Virus record (IMG/VR): IMGVR_UViG_3300047387_000084
Span: 1 to 60,298 of that record
DNA: 60,298 nucleotides
Reading direction: 5' to 3' (one strand)
Source: a virus
Lineage: Duplodnaviria > Caudoviricetes
Position 1 is the first letter of the stretch; every line of letters starts with the position of its first letter. Both the position numbers and the translations under genes were made by a program. Positions 44,252 through 54,474 of the stretch are shown here, one piece after another. The notes beneath the pieces are model-generated. The model did no database searches. It saw nothing but the letters and a program-made list of their open reading frames with translations, and was not told the origin of the DNA.

Positions 44252-44305
44252 ATTTTTTCTGGACATAGAAAGTCGTCTAAATTATTTGTCTGTGTATAGA
44301 CAATA

Positions 44306-45598
44306 ATGAAGACATTATATCCGAAACAACAAGAGGCTTTTGAGTTTTTCTTAGCCAAACACAAGATAGGACTTAACTCGTTAGATACGAGCCACGTCGG
44401 AACTGGCAAGACCATCGTAGCTTGTCACCTCGCTAAAATTCTCAAGAAGCCAGTCGCAGTAATTTGCCCGAAGGCAGTGATTCCATCTTGGGAGCGTGAA
44501 CTCACTGAGTGTGGTATGGAGCCGCTGTTCGTTCTTAACTACGAGAAGATCCGTAACGGTAAGACGGACTTCATGTCCAAGAGGGGCAAGAAAATCATGA
44601 AGTGGAACTTACCGTCTGATACGTTAGTGTTGGTAGATGAGGTCCACAAGTGTAAAGGACCATACACTCAAAACGCGCAGTTGTTAGTTTCGCTCGTAAC
44701 TCAAGGTTACTCAGTCCACGCGATGTCCGCGACCGCTGCCGAAGACCCTACTGAGATGCGCTCGATTGGATTCTCTTTAGGTTTACACAACCTAAACAAA
44801 GCAACAGGTGGTATTAAGAGTTGGTATTCGTGGATGATGCAATACGGCTGTTTGCAAAATGAGTGGGGCGCGTGGGAGCTTCACCGTAAGACTAAACTTA
44901 AAAAACTTAACAAAGTGATGTATGGGAAAAATGTGAAGCGTCTTACGGTAGACGATTTCCCTGATTCCTTTAAAGCGAACCGTGTATTCGTGGAACCTGT
45001 AGCTTTTACCTCTGCGGCTAAGATCGCGAAGGCGTATGAGAAGCTTGACATTACACCGGAGATCATTGAGCAATACTTACTAAATGGGTCGGTGGGTGAC
45101 AGTGAGTGGGTGCTAGTGAATTTATTACGCGCACGTCAACTAGCTGAATCACTCAAAGCTAAGGACATGGCTGACATAGCTAAAGACTATATAGAGCAAG
45201 GCCATAGCGTTGTCCTGTTTGTTAATTTTTCAGATACCGCTGAAGTCCTTTGTGGCCTCCTAGATTGTCCTGCTATCGTCGGTGGTCAGTCGGCTCAAGA
45301 AAGGCAGGAGATTATAGATGATTTTCAGGCAGACAAGCAGCACGTTATTGTCGTAAACATTGCAGCAGGCGGAACGGGTATCTCTCTACACGACATCAAC
45401 GGTAACCGCCAACGAATCTCGTTGATCTCACCGACCTTCAACGTCAAAGATCACTTGCAAGCGTTGGGGCGCATACATCGCAACGGGGCAAAAAGTGACG
45501 CCATCCAGAAGATTCTGGTTGCAAGTGATTCGATAGAAGAACATGTTATGCGTGTTGTTGAACAAAAGTCAGATAATTTAAATACTCTTCACCAATGA
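44306..45598 (+). CDS. Superfamily 2 helicase
   Basis: GTGKT, DEVH, SAT and QALGRIHR. Confidence 0.9.
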   Translation: MKTLYPKQQEAFEFFLAKHKIGLNSLDTSHVGTGKTIVACHLAKILKKPVAVICPKAVIPSWERELTECGMEPLFVLNYEKIRNGKTDFMSKRGKKIMKWNLPSDTLVLVDEVHKCKGPYTQNAQLLVSLVTQGYSVHAMSATAAEDPTEMRSIGFSLGLHNLNKATGGIKSWYSWMMQYGCLQNEWGAWELHRKTKLKKLNKVMYGKNVKRLTVDDFPDSFKANRVFVEPVAFTSAAKIAKAYEKLDITPEIIEQYLLNGSVGDSEWVLVNLLRARQLAESLKAKDMADIAKDYIEQGHSVVLFVNFSDTAEVLCGLLDCPAIVGGQSAQERQEIIDDFQADKQHVIVVNIAAGGTGISLHDINGNRQRISLISPTFNVKDHLQALGRIHRNGAKSDAIQKILVASDSIEEHVMRVVEQKSDNLNTLHQ

Positions 45599-45753
45599 AA
45601 ACAGAGAAATACTTAACTACAAAAGAACAGATGAAAGTTCAGTTGCTACGGCACGAGGTTGAGATGCTTACTAAAGCGATTAGTCGGACTGCTACTAGGC
45701 GAGACAAGCTAAAGAGGAAAGCCGATGACATCCTAAGCCGAGTCGAAAAATAA
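45595..45753 (+). CDS. Small basic coiled-coil protein (52 aa)
   Basis: ATGA overlap with the helicase stop; fills the gap. Confidence 0.55.
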   Translation: MKTEKYLTTKEQMKVQLLRHEVEMLTKAISRTATRRDKLKRKADDILSRVEK

Positions 45754-45755
45754 TC

Positions 45756-46076
45756 ATGACAAAATTAAAAAATATTGCGGTGTCCGTAGCACACCTGCTG
45801 GAAGCGGGTATCACCCAAACAGAGCGTCTTTCAATGCTCGCGTATATCGCATCTAAGGACGGGGTTGATACGGGAGAAGTTGGTAAAGCCTTTAAGTCTT
45901 CCCGCGCTAAAATTTATGGGGCGATGACCGCGATGCAAAAAATAAACCTGACCCGACAAGAACTCAGAGTCGAAATGCAAGATGGCGTCAAAAATAAAGT
46001 CGGCTACTGGCACGCCACTCCTTACGCTAAGGACGTATTGAGTAACTTCTATAGCTCATTACAGCTTATAAAATGA
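45756..46076 (+). CDS. Winged-helix-like protein
   Basis: TGEVGKAFKSSRAKIYGAMTAM followed by a beta hairpin. Confidence 0.5.
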   Translation: MTKLKNIAVSVAHLLEAGITQTERLSMLAYIASKDGVDTGEVGKAFKSSRAKIYGAMTAMQKINLTRQELRVEMQDGVKNKVGYWHATPYAKDVLSNFYSSLQLIK

Positions 46077-47170
46077 GTAACCAACCGGACCATCAAAGCA
46101 GGGGTCACGCGGAATTTTCTCCTTCGAGCCTGAAGTATGTAGCCGCCTGTGCGGGTTATCAAGGACGCGATGGCACATCTGCCGCCGCTGAGATGGGGAC
46201 TAGAATTCACGAGGCTCTCGAAGTCTTCGACCCTTCTGCTCTCCATAATGAGGAGGAACTCGCGATCTACGAGCAGATCGTAGAGATGGAAAAAGACTTC
46301 ATGACTAACTTCGGTGAAATAGTAGAAGAGCTTAACGAGATCCAAGTTGAGGTCGCCTTAGATGGCACTGAGACATGGGGAACCTGTGACCGATTCCTGA
46401 TCCTCAAAGGTGGTGACCGCGCCGTCATGGCAGATTACAAAACCGGAATCAGTATCATCGATCCGCCAGAGAAGAACTGGCAGGCTAAAGCTTATACAAC
46501 TGGAGCATTCCAGAGGTATGCAGACATTAAAGAGATCGTCTTCGCGTTTTACGTGCCGCAGCACAACGCAACATTACACCATACGTTTACGCGAGACGAC
46601 CTCCCTACTCTGGTTGAAGACCTCAGCCGTGTTATCATAGCAGGCGAAAAGATTCGACCGAAGTGGGAGTCTGGCACTCCAGAACTGGAGGAATGCACTC
46701 CAACGCAATACTGCCGTTTCTGTAAACACGAGGATGTATGTCCTGCGTTAGGTGGTCTCGTTATAAGTGTAGCCAAGAAGCTAGATACCACGTTACCGGA
46801 CATCGACCCTACTGACGTAGATAATCCGGCTAGACTCTCTGAGCTATTTAACATCGCAAAGATTGTTGAGAACTGGTCTATGTCCATTAAACGTAAAACA
46901 CTTGACGCTCTTAAAGACGGCGAGAAGCTTGACGGGCTTAAACTTCGCTCGATGGGGCGGACCCGAAAGATCTCTGACAATGCTACTTTTGTAAAAATTG
47001 CAGAAAAATACGGAATTGATCTGGACACGCTGCTAGAACAAGTTAACGTTCCGCTCGCCAAGGTTGCCAAGAAAGCGGGAGCCGATAGCAAACAAACTTT
47101 CCTCGACGAATGTGAAGATGCAGGAATCGTAGAAACATCCGACGAGCGACACTGTGTCGCGACTCAATAA
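46073..47170 (+). CDS. PD-(D/E)XK exonuclease, DUF2800/Cas4-like
   Basis: SPSS, GTRIHE, GTCD, DYKTG, QxxxY and CRFC..CP. Confidence 0.85.
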   Translation: MSNQPDHQSRGHAEFSPSSLKYVAACAGYQGRDGTSAAAEMGTRIHEALEVFDPSALHNEEELAIYEQIVEMEKDFMTNFGEIVEELNEIQVEVALDGTETWGTCDRFLILKGGDRAVMADYKTGISIIDPPEKNWQAKAYTTGAFQRYADIKEIVFAFYVPQHNATLHHTFTRDDLPTLVEDLSRVIIAGEKIRPKWESGTPELEECTPTQYCRFCKHEDVCPALGGLVISVAKKLDTTLPDIDPTDVDNPARLSELFNIAKIVENWSMSIKRKTLDALKDGEKLDGLKLRSMGRTRKISDNATFVKIAEKYGIDLDTLLEQVNVPLAKVAKKAGADSKQTFLDECEDAGIVETSDERHCVATQ

Positions 47171-47190
47171 ACCAAACCAAAATAATTGAT

Positions 47191-47847
47191 ATGGCTAAAA
47201 CCAAAACCCAAGAAGTCGTTGCTGCCGAGACCAATACTGGTCTTTCCACCAACGTAAGCGGAATCGAAATCGATGTAGAAGACATCGAGATTCCACGAAT
47301 CAACGTATGCCAGAAGATGTCCCAGTCTGACGCTCCCGTCGGCTCTATTCTCTTCGACAAGACATACGAGATTGCTCCACCGGACACTCCGGTTAAGACG
47401 ATTACTGTCGCCGCCGTAAAAGGCTGGCGGGAGAACATCCCCTTCGATGAAGAGGACATCCCCCGCATCGCTTGGTCTAAATCTGAGTCTGACGCTATTG
47501 CAGCAGAGTCACAGTGGGATATGACTGAGTTCGCCGAGATCACTCTCCTAATGCGCCAGCCTGAAGGTAGTGATAATGATGAGGCGTTTCAGTTACCTAT
47601 TGGCGACCACAACTATGCGTTGGGTAAGATAAATGTCGGTAAAAACGCATACCGTTCAACCTACAAGCGTCTTGCGACATTCGCCGCTCTTCAGTCTGGA
47701 ATCCCTATTCATAGCAAAATATGGAACTTCGTTTCTGAAGAACTTAGCAAGGGTAAATACACTTGGTTTAATCCGTCACTTACCGTGACTAAGGAAGAAG
47801 CCGATGAAGATGTTACCGCCTTTGTTAAAAACTTTCTTGGAGCGTAG
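47191..47847 (+). CDS. Putative ssDNA-binding/annealing protein
   Basis: DIEIPRINVCQ motif; position between exonuclease and polymerase. Confidence 0.55.
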   Translation: MAKTKTQEVVAAETNTGLSTNVSGIEIDVEDIEIPRINVCQKMSQSDAPVGSILFDKTYEIAPPDTPVKTITVAAVKGWRENIPFDEEDIPRIAWSKSESDAIAAESQWDMTEFAEITLLMRQPEGSDNDEAFQLPIGDHNYALGKINVGKNAYRSTYKRLATFAALQSGIPIHSKIWNFVSEELSKGKYTWFNPSLTVTKEEADEDVTAFVKNFLGA

Positions 47848-47849
47848 TT

Positions 47850-48041
47850 ATGACTGACGAAGAGAAAGAACAAAAAACCCGTGATCTCCTTCTCGAAGAG
47901 ATCAAGATGCTCGACGGCATGATCGCTGAAGTCGAGGATCAGCTCTCCCAAGTCGGAGCCAACTTGAGAAAGTTGAGGGTAGTTCGGGAAGCACTCCAGC
48001 ATGTTACTGGCGAGCAGACTGAATTAGATTTGGACTCGTAA
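47850..48041 (+). CDS. Small coiled-coil protein
   Basis: Heptad pattern. Confidence 0.6.
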   Translation: MTDEEKEQKTRDLLLEEIKMLDGMIAEVEDQLSQVGANLRKLRVVREALQHVTGEQTELDLDS

Positions 48042-48062
48042 TAAATAATACTAGTTGAAAGC

Positions 48063-48109
48063 AAGCCCGCCGCAGAGTTTTCCAATTTTTTCTTTGCGGT
48101 GGGCTTTTT
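48063..48109 (+). terminator. Intrinsic terminator
   Basis: AAGCCCGCCGCAGAG...CTTTGCGGTGGGCTT followed by T-tract. Confidence 0.75.
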
Positions 48110-48129
48110 CTGCTCACAAATAAACTTAT

Positions 48130-49887
48130 ATGATTACATACGCATTAGATTTTGAAACCTACTACGACAAGCATTGCTCGATACGGAAGCTTGGCCCGTT
48201 AGGATACTTTTCCCATTACGACTTCGATGCTTATATGGTGAGCGTCGTTGGTGATGATGGATACGAATGGGTTGGCCATCCTGAAAATTTTGACTGGACC
48301 ATGCTTAACGGCAATATCGTCCTGTCCCATAACGCATCATTTGATGAAACACTTTACCTCTACGGCATAAACTATGGTTGGTGGCCTAAAGTAGAACCTT
48401 CCGAATGGCACTGCACCGCAGACATGGCTGCTGCTGTAGGTCTGCCAAGATCGTTGAAGAACTCAACTGCGGAAGCTTTCGACTTAGAGATCTCCAAATC
48501 TACTCGCGATAACATGTCAGGTAAGACGTGGACTGGTATGACTAAGGAGTTCCAGAAGGAAGTAGAAGAGTATGCCATCAAGGACTCTGTTCTCTGCCTC
48601 CGTCTATGGAAGGCTTACGAGTCTAAGTGGTCTCAGTTTGAGCGCGACATCAGCGTCACAAACCGACGAATCGTCCAAAGAGGGATACCGATTGATGTGG
48701 ACGCTCTTCGTAAAGCGAAAGAGACAATCAATGAACTTATCTTTGAAACTGAGAAGGCTATCCCTTGGGCTGATGAAAAGCCCTTACTTAGCCGTAAAGC
48801 ATTCGATGAACACTGCATCAAACTCGGCATCGAGCCACCCGCCTCTCTAGCTAAAACTGATGTTGATGCCCAGAGGTGGATTCTCGCACACGGTCATAAA
48901 TACAAATGGATCGAAGCTGTAACGAACTGGCGGCGCATCAACACGATTAAGAAAAAACTCGATAGCTTCGATCACGCTACCATGCCGGACAATCGATACT
49001 ATGGCGGTATCATGTATTTCGGCGGACACACTGGTCGCTTCAGTGGTAGTGGTGGTAATCTCAATCTCCAGAATTTGCCGAGAGAAGGTATGTTCGGAGT
49101 CAATATGCGTAACTTAATTACTGCTCCTGAAGGTAAGAAGCTAGTTGTTGTTGACCTCTCACAAATCGAAGTCCGCACTCTATGCTGGCTGTCAGGTGAC
49201 CGAGACACGATGGACGCTATCGAAGCATCCGACGACATCTACGAAGCATTCGCAATCCAGTTCGGCTTATGGTCTAAGGATAAAGGAGTCTTGAAGAAGG
49301 AGAACGCCAAGCTGAGGCACAAAGTCAAGGCTCTTGTATTAGGATGCGGCTACGGTGCGGGTGCAAAACGGTTTGCTGAGATGTACGATATGCCCCAGCA
49401 AGAAGCTCAAGACGCTGTCAACCTCTACCGGAGGAAGCTCGCGAAGGTTCCCCGCTACTGGAAGAAACTGGACAAAGAAGTCGATAAAGCGTATAATGCT
49501 GGTCGCCTGTCTCTGACACTCCCGTCAGGAAGGTCGCTTAACTACGGAAATCTTCGCAAGACTCTGGCTCAAGGACGAGTCCAGTTTGTCTCCAGCATCA
49601 ACCGGAATGGCCAGAAACGCATCATGAAACTATGGGGTGGAGTCCTCGCTGAGAATCTATCTCAGGCTTTGGCCAGAGATATTTTCAGTTTTATGATGTT
49701 AGAGATCGACAAGGCAGGCATAGATATTATTTTCCATGTTCATGATGAAGTAATCTGCGAGTGTGATGAAGATAAAGCCGAAGAGACCCTACAAAAAATT
49801 AACCAAATTATGTCCACTCCTCCTGAGTGGATTAGCGATATTCCTCTGGATGCAGAGGGAGAGATTCTAACCCAATACCAAAAATAA
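48130..49887 (+). CDS. polA: Family A DNA polymerase with a 3'-5' exonuclease domain
   Basis: DFET, HNASFD, TGRFS, DLSQIE, KALVLGCGYG and HVHDE. Confidence 0.92.
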   Translation: MITYALDFETYYDKHCSIRKLGPLGYFSHYDFDAYMVSVVGDDGYEWVGHPENFDWTMLNGNIVLSHNASFDETLYLYGINYGWWPKVEPSEWHCTADMAAAVGLPRSLKNSTAEAFDLEISKSTRDNMSGKTWTGMTKEFQKEVEEYAIKDSVLCLRLWKAYESKWSQFERDISVTNRRIVQRGIPIDVDALRKAKETINELIFETEKAIPWADEKPLLSRKAFDEHCIKLGIEPPASLAKTDVDAQRWILAHGHKYKWIEAVTNWRRINTIKKKLDSFDHATMPDNRYYGGIMYFGGHTGRFSGSGGNLNLQNLPREGMFGVNMRNLITAPEGKKLVVVDLSQIEVRTLCWLSGDRDTMDAIEASDDIYEAFAIQFGLWSKDKGVLKKENAKLRHKVKALVLGCGYGAGAKRFAEMYDMPQQEAQDAVNLYRRKLAKVPRYWKKLDKEVDKAYNAGRLSLTLPSGRSLNYGNLRKTLAQGRVQFVSSINRNGQKRIMKLWGGVLAENLSQALARDIFSFMMLEIDKAGIDIIFHVHDEVICECDEDKAEETLQKINQIMSTPPEWISDIPLDAEGEILTQYQK

Positions 49888-52082
49888 TGACCTACAGATA
49901 TTTGCGTAACTTACGCGACAGTAAAGCCCAGAAAGCTAATGCCCTCAATAACCTGAAGCTAGCTAAACCAAACTTTAAGAATAAAGCAGACTACCGAGAA
50001 TGGTGTAGCAATAGTAATACTGATCATGTATTCTATTCTTGTGTCGAAGGGCGTGCGCCTTCTAAACGAGTCAGCAACGACAACCCTGTCCACAAGATTC
50101 ACGGAGTAGTAGCCGATTACGATGCGCCCGTTGATTGGAAATCTTTTCAGAATAAACTAGCGAATGCCTGTGCCTCTATTCCGACTCCTACATGGGCCAG
50201 CCGAACCCAAAGTGGTTACCTACGACTGGTTTGGGAATTTGAAGCTGTTATACCAATCGATCCATCTATGTATGACTCGTTTATGGGCTACATAAACAAG
50301 GCTTTGAAGATGGATAAGTTGTTCGCTGGATTTGATAAGACTTCGCTAAAACCTAATCAATATTTTGAGTTAGGTGAAGATTGGATTAAAACCGGAAACG
50401 AGACCCCAACAGGCATAGTCCACGCCTGCCTATCGAAAGCTGTATCTTCTAAGCCGCCAGAGTCTTCTGACACATCGATTCCGTTAGACGTAGTCGCAGC
50501 AGAAGTCGAATCCCGATTCCCGAATCGCTGGTTCGGTGAATTTGAAGTTGGAGCCAGAGGTCCACTATTCTGGATCGATGACGGCATCGACCGAGACGGT
50601 TGTCAGGTTGTTGAAGATGGCATCGTCTGTTATTCAGATAGAGCGGGTAAAGGATTCATGAGCTGGTCAGAGATCTTTGGAAATTCATTCGTAAAAGACT
50701 ACGAGACCAAGAAGCTAGCTAACCTACTCGACGAATATTGGTTTAATGGTAAGACCTTCTTCAAGCTTCTGTATGGTAACGCTGTTTCAATACCGAAGGA
50801 ACAACTTCTTCTTGAGCTGCGTCAGGCGGGCTTCTCTGTCAGAGTAAGAAGAGGGAGAGCAATCAGTGAAGTAGAAGAAGCTCTTCTGACAGTCAGTAAC
50901 AACAACCGGATTGACGAGATCGCTCCTGTCGTGTTCTCAAACGAACGCATTGTATCATATAACGCTAGCCGGATTCTCAACTGCTCTAACCTAGTTCCAG
51001 TTGATCCTGACTCTGACGGTGACCCATCGAAGTGGCCGTTCCTTCATCAATGGTTGAATCAGCTATTTGTGAATAGCTCAAAGAACCCAGCCTTAGATTA
51101 CTTTTACTCTTGGATGCAGCGTTTCTACACTGCGGTCTTGGATAGGGTTCCGTTACAGGGACAAGCTTTGCTGCTGGTCGGGCCGACAGGTCGCGGCAAG
51201 TCGCTATTGTCGAACAAAATTATCAGCGGACTTGTTGGGGGTTTCTCTGATGCGTCTGACTATCTATCTGGTCAGACGAAGTTCAACAAAGACTTAGGTA
51301 AGGTAGCGTCTTGGGTCATTGACGATACCACCTCAGCAGCAAGCTTTCAAGACCAGAGACGTGCGACTGAACTACTCAAACGTGCGGTAGCCAATCCCAG
51401 AGTAGAGTATATGGCTAAATATGCAGACGCTATGTCGATACCTTGGACAGGACGAGTTATCTTGTCACTGAACATGGACGCCAACTCGTTGTCAGTGATT
51501 CCTTCTCTGGATACCAGTAATCGAGATAAGCTCATGGCCTTGTTGATTGCTGAGTCATCTACAACATCATTCCCACCTAACGCCCAGCTAGAGGCTACCA
51601 TCGAACAAGAGCTACCTCACTTTGGTAGGTTCTTACTCGACTGGAAGGTTCCTAAAGCGGTAGAAGATGTTGGTCGATTCGGGGTTAGGTCATATATCGA
51701 CCCCACAATCGCGGATGCCGCTTACGACAATAGTAGCCGTAGCTCGATTGCAGAGTTGGTCGAGTTCTTTGCCAAGCGTTGCCGTGAAGTTTATCCTGAC
51801 TTAGATCGATGGAGTGGGACTCTCACTGAGTTTCAGGTAGTGGTCCACGACTTGAACAACGGGCGTGATGTTGGTTCTTCCCGTAATCTAGAGTTTTGCC
51901 GCAGAGGGATGATAACTCTTGAAGAGGCAAGTCGGGTTAATAACAAGATCCGCCCCGTTAATTCTAGAGGACAAGGCGGCGGTAAATTGTGGAGCATTGA
52001 CCTGAGTGAGATTTATGATATAGGTTATACAGAGGATGACAAACGTAGAGCTTCAGATCAGGCGACAGGAACTCTGCGGTGA
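49887..52082 (+). CDS. Primase-helicase (primase-like N-terminus, SF3/D5-like ATPase)
   Basis: VVADYD..SRTQSG..RLVW; GPTGRGKS, WVIDD and SLN. Confidence 0.8.
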   Translation: MTYRYLRNLRDSKAQKANALNNLKLAKPNFKNKADYREWCSNSNTDHVFYSCVEGRAPSKRVSNDNPVHKIHGVVADYDAPVDWKSFQNKLANACASIPTPTWASRTQSGYLRLVWEFEAVIPIDPSMYDSFMGYINKALKMDKLFAGFDKTSLKPNQYFELGEDWIKTGNETPTGIVHACLSKAVSSKPPESSDTSIPLDVVAAEVESRFPNRWFGEFEVGARGPLFWIDDGIDRDGCQVVEDGIVCYSDRAGKGFMSWSEIFGNSFVKDYETKKLANLLDEYWFNGKTFFKLLYGNAVSIPKEQLLLELRQAGFSVRVRRGRAISEVEEALLTVSNNNRIDEIAPVVFSNERIVSYNASRILNCSNLVPVDPDSDGDPSKWPFLHQWLNQLFVNSSKNPALDYFYSWMQRFYTAVLDRVPLQGQALLLVGPTGRGKSLLSNKIISGLVGGFSDASDYLSGQTKFNKDLGKVASWVIDDTTSAASFQDQRRATELLKRAVANPRVEYMAKYADAMSIPWTGRVILSLNMDANSLSVIPSLDTSNRDKLMALLIAESSTTSFPPNAQLEATIEQELPHFGRFLLDWKVPKAVEDVGRFGVRSYIDPTIADAAYDNSSRSSIAELVEFFAKRCREVYPDLDRWSGTLTEFQVVVHDLNNGRDVGSSRNLEFCRRGMITLEEASRVNNKIRPVNSRGQGGGKLWSIDLSEIYDIGYTEDDKRRASDQATGTLR

Positions 52083-52263
52083 GTTTTGGGTAGAACTACG
52101 TGAAGCTATGGAAAAAGTCGGAGGAGACCCGTCAATCATAGACGCTTACGTAGACGCTCCGTTAAGTGAGTTTGTAGACCTCGTGGCACCAAACGGAATA
52201 AGGCCCGTCTTTAAAAGGGCGGGCCATGTTCACTACAATATATTACCGCCGGATGAGGAGTGA
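52036..52263 (+). CDS. Hypothetical protein
   Basis: Last ORF of the + block. Confidence 0.55.
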   Translation: MTNVELQIRRQELCGEFWVELREAMEKVGGDPSIIDAYVDAPLSEFVDLVAPNGIRPVFKRAGHVHYNILPPDEE

Positions 52264-52761
52264 CTTGAAAGCGTCAGGCCGACGAGTCCTCTTTATTTCG
52301 ATGTTATAGCCATCAGCCTTGAATCGAAACCCGTCTGCGTCACACTCGCCTCGCTCGTTAAATCGTTTCTTATGTATGATGGACTTTTTAGGGGACCACC
52401 CGCAGAGCCATACCTTTCGCAGACCTTTGTGGACTCGCGTGAAGAAGTATACGTCAGCTTCAAACTTACTGAACCTTGTCCTGACAACGGAAGCATTATA
52501 GTTTAGCTTAGGTGGGGTGTTGCAGCTCTTAGCCTTAACGTCAACCTTGAGACCTTTATATTCGTAGTCGTGAGTGTAGGACTTGTCTCCTACGTAGTTA
52601 AACTGTTTAAAAGTATTCTCAAAGGCGACCTCACCTAAGAAGCCAGTCATGTTACCTTTGCCGTTAGTGAACGATGTTCTGAGGTTACCTAAAGCGTCAG
52701 ATCTCCGGCACGCCTCCGCGACATCTTCTGGTGTAGGTTTGTAAAGTATGAACCGACTCAA
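52243..52761 (-). CDS. PD-(D/E)XK restriction-endonuclease-fold protein
   Basis: GFLGEVAF...HD...VDVK. Confidence 0.65.
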   Translation of the reverse strand: MSRFILYKPTPEDVAEACRRSDALGNLRTSFTNGKGNMTGFLGEVAFENTFKQFNYVGDKSYTHDYEYKGLKVDVKAKSCNTPPKLNYNASVVRTRFSKFEADVYFFTRVHKGLRKVWLCGWSPKKSIIHKKRFNERGECDADGFRFKADGYNIEIKRTRRPDAFKSLLIRR

Positions 52762-52772
52762 AATTTATTTGG

Positions 52773-53990
52773 TTAAACATCAAACTCAAGTTTGATCGCT
52801 CTAGATGTCCCAGCTAATCCTAAATAAACGCTATTGCCTTTAACTAAGGCTGCTGTCGAGTAACCTGTTCCGAGGCTCATTATGCCGGAACCTTCTTTGG
52901 CTGTAGCTTTACCATCCTTAAATTCATTCTCGTAATCTTTCCATTGGAACTCAAGCGTGTTGGGGTTAATCCGAAAACATTTCGTATCTGCCCAGAATGC
53001 GCTATATAGCCAACCATCAGGCCCAAGATAGCCGTTGAAGTTTTTGTTTTTATTAGCAACCGACAGGTAGTCTTCTGGTAATTTAAATTCTTGATATGAG
53101 TCGTCTTCGCAGTTGATTACTAAAAACATTTTACCTTGTCGCGGTAGGCAGAAAATTTTGTTCACCGCCTCAACATAGGTAGCTCCTACATATTTGACCG
53201 AGAAGCCGTATACACCAGACGTAACTGGTAGGCCGTCTAGATATTTAAACCTTCCGTTTTTGTCGATCTTTGCGACACTCGTTCCGAGTGCGGGCGGCAT
53301 GTAAATCTCTCCCTTCTTGTCAGTAGCTGCTCCCCAGATGTGGTTAAAATTCGCGGGCCTGTTCGGCTTAGGTGGTGTGAAAGAAGATACTTCTTGTGTG
53401 TTCGTATTGTATGTGAAGATCTTGAGTGTCCTCGTATACGATGGCATATAAATTATTCCGTTGTTTCCTTCGGCTCCCGACCGCACTTGCGGACTCATCT
53501 TGAATTTCTTTTCTACAGAAATAGATCCTGTCTTCCTATTTAATCTAGCTATCGAACTGGCGTAGGCGGGCAGAAAATAAGTGTAGCCGTCTGACGCTTC
53601 TACATTCCCAATGAACCCCTTGTATCCCGTATCCTGTTTCTCGATTCGGTCAGCCGCAGTATCGGTTTTAATATGCACGTCTGACTTATAACCTAGTGAA
53701 TGGATTGTGCCGTCATCGCTAAGACCCATCGTGCGGGTCTTTGTCAGGTTCCCTTTAAACTCGCCATCTAGATACTTGAAGCGGGGCCAAGGTGTAAAAC
53801 TAAAACTAGAGCTAGAGCTAGAGCTAGAGCTAGAGCTGGAGCTGGAGCTAGAGCTGGAGCTAGAGCTGGAGCTAGAGCTGGAGCTAGAGCTAGAGCTGGA
53901 GCTAGAGCTAGAGCTAGAATCTTCTTCCTTAAGATTTTTTAAAATCTCTTGAAGAAGTTTAATTATTTTTTCTAGTGCTTGGTAGATCAA
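52773..53990 (-). CDS. Poly-Ser-linked beta-propeller protein
   Basis: Short amphipathic helix, >35 Ser, then repeats such as GAATDKKGEIYMPP. Confidence 0.7.
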   Translation of the reverse strand: MIYQALEKIIKLLQEILKNLKEEDSSSSSSSSSSSSSSSSSSSSSSSSSSSSSSSSSSSSSSFSFTPWPRFKYLDGEFKGNLTKTRTMGLSDDGTIHSLGYKSDVHIKTDTAADRIEKQDTGYKGFIGNVEASDGYTYFLPAYASSIARLNRKTGSISVEKKFKMSPQVRSGAEGNNGIIYMPSYTRTLKIFTYNTNTQEVSSFTPPKPNRPANFNHIWGAATDKKGEIYMPPALGTSVAKIDKNGRFKYLDGLPVTSGVYGFSVKYVGATYVEAVNKIFCLPRQGKMFLVINCEDDSYQEFKLPEDYLSVANKNKNFNGYLGPDGWLYSAFWADTKCFRINPNTLEFQWKDYENEFKDGKATAKEGSGIMSLGTGYSTAALVKGNSVYLGLAGTSRAIKLEFDV

Positions 53991-54274
53991 AATTTACCTT
54001 TCCTACGGCGGATGTTTTTAAGGATCTTAGCTGTTTTCCTATGCTTTGCGGTCTTCTCCGCGATACTTTTAGGTTGCTTAACGTATTGTTTACCCGCCTT
54101 CATGCCTTCTCTTTTCTTCTGACTAGTGCGGGAATACTCTTCACTAGTCAAAGCTTCACGCGCAGCCTTCGGCAAATACCGCTCACCCGTTTTGAGCGAC
54201 GGTTTACCAGATTTGGTTCCCCATTTCTCCCGTGTCCAATTGTCGAGAGACCTCTGTGACCTGCGTTTTGGCAT
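53987..54274 (-). CDS. Basic protein, DUF5872-like C-terminal half
   Basis: SLDNWTREKW.TKSG...ERYLPK...GKQYV. Confidence 0.7.
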   Translation of the reverse strand: MPKRRSQRSLDNWTREKWGTKSGKPSLKTGERYLPKAAREALTSEEYSRTSQKKREGMKAGKQYVKQPKSIAEKTAKHRKTAKILKNIRRRKGKF

Positions 54275-54474
54275 TAGTATCTAGACTTAGGAGTAGCCCG
54301 TTTACGGATTATTTTATTAGCCTTCTTCTTAGTAGAAGACTTAGTCGATGGTTTACTTGCTGGCTTTGCGTGTCCGTATCCTTTTTTCTTCATATTTAAA
54401 TGTTGTTCGTAAGTGTTGGCTTTATAAGCCTTTCCAGACTTATCATACATCATGTGTGGTTTGAATTGTTTCAT
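54274..54474 (-). CDS. Small basic protein (66 aa)
   Basis: MKQFKPHMMYD...; TAATG coupling on both sides. Confidence 0.65.
   Translation of the reverse strand: MKQFKPHMMYDKSGKAYKANTYEQHLNMKKKGYGHAKPASKPSTKSSTKKKANKIIRKRATPKSRY

Noticed and set aside
46073-47170. CRISPR-Cas system suggested by the Cas4-like nuclease
   Set aside because: No repeat-spacer array or other cas genes; this is a standard phage replication-module exonuclease
53707-53952. (LE)n ORF on the + strand
   Set aside because: Antisense reading of the poly-Ser repeat
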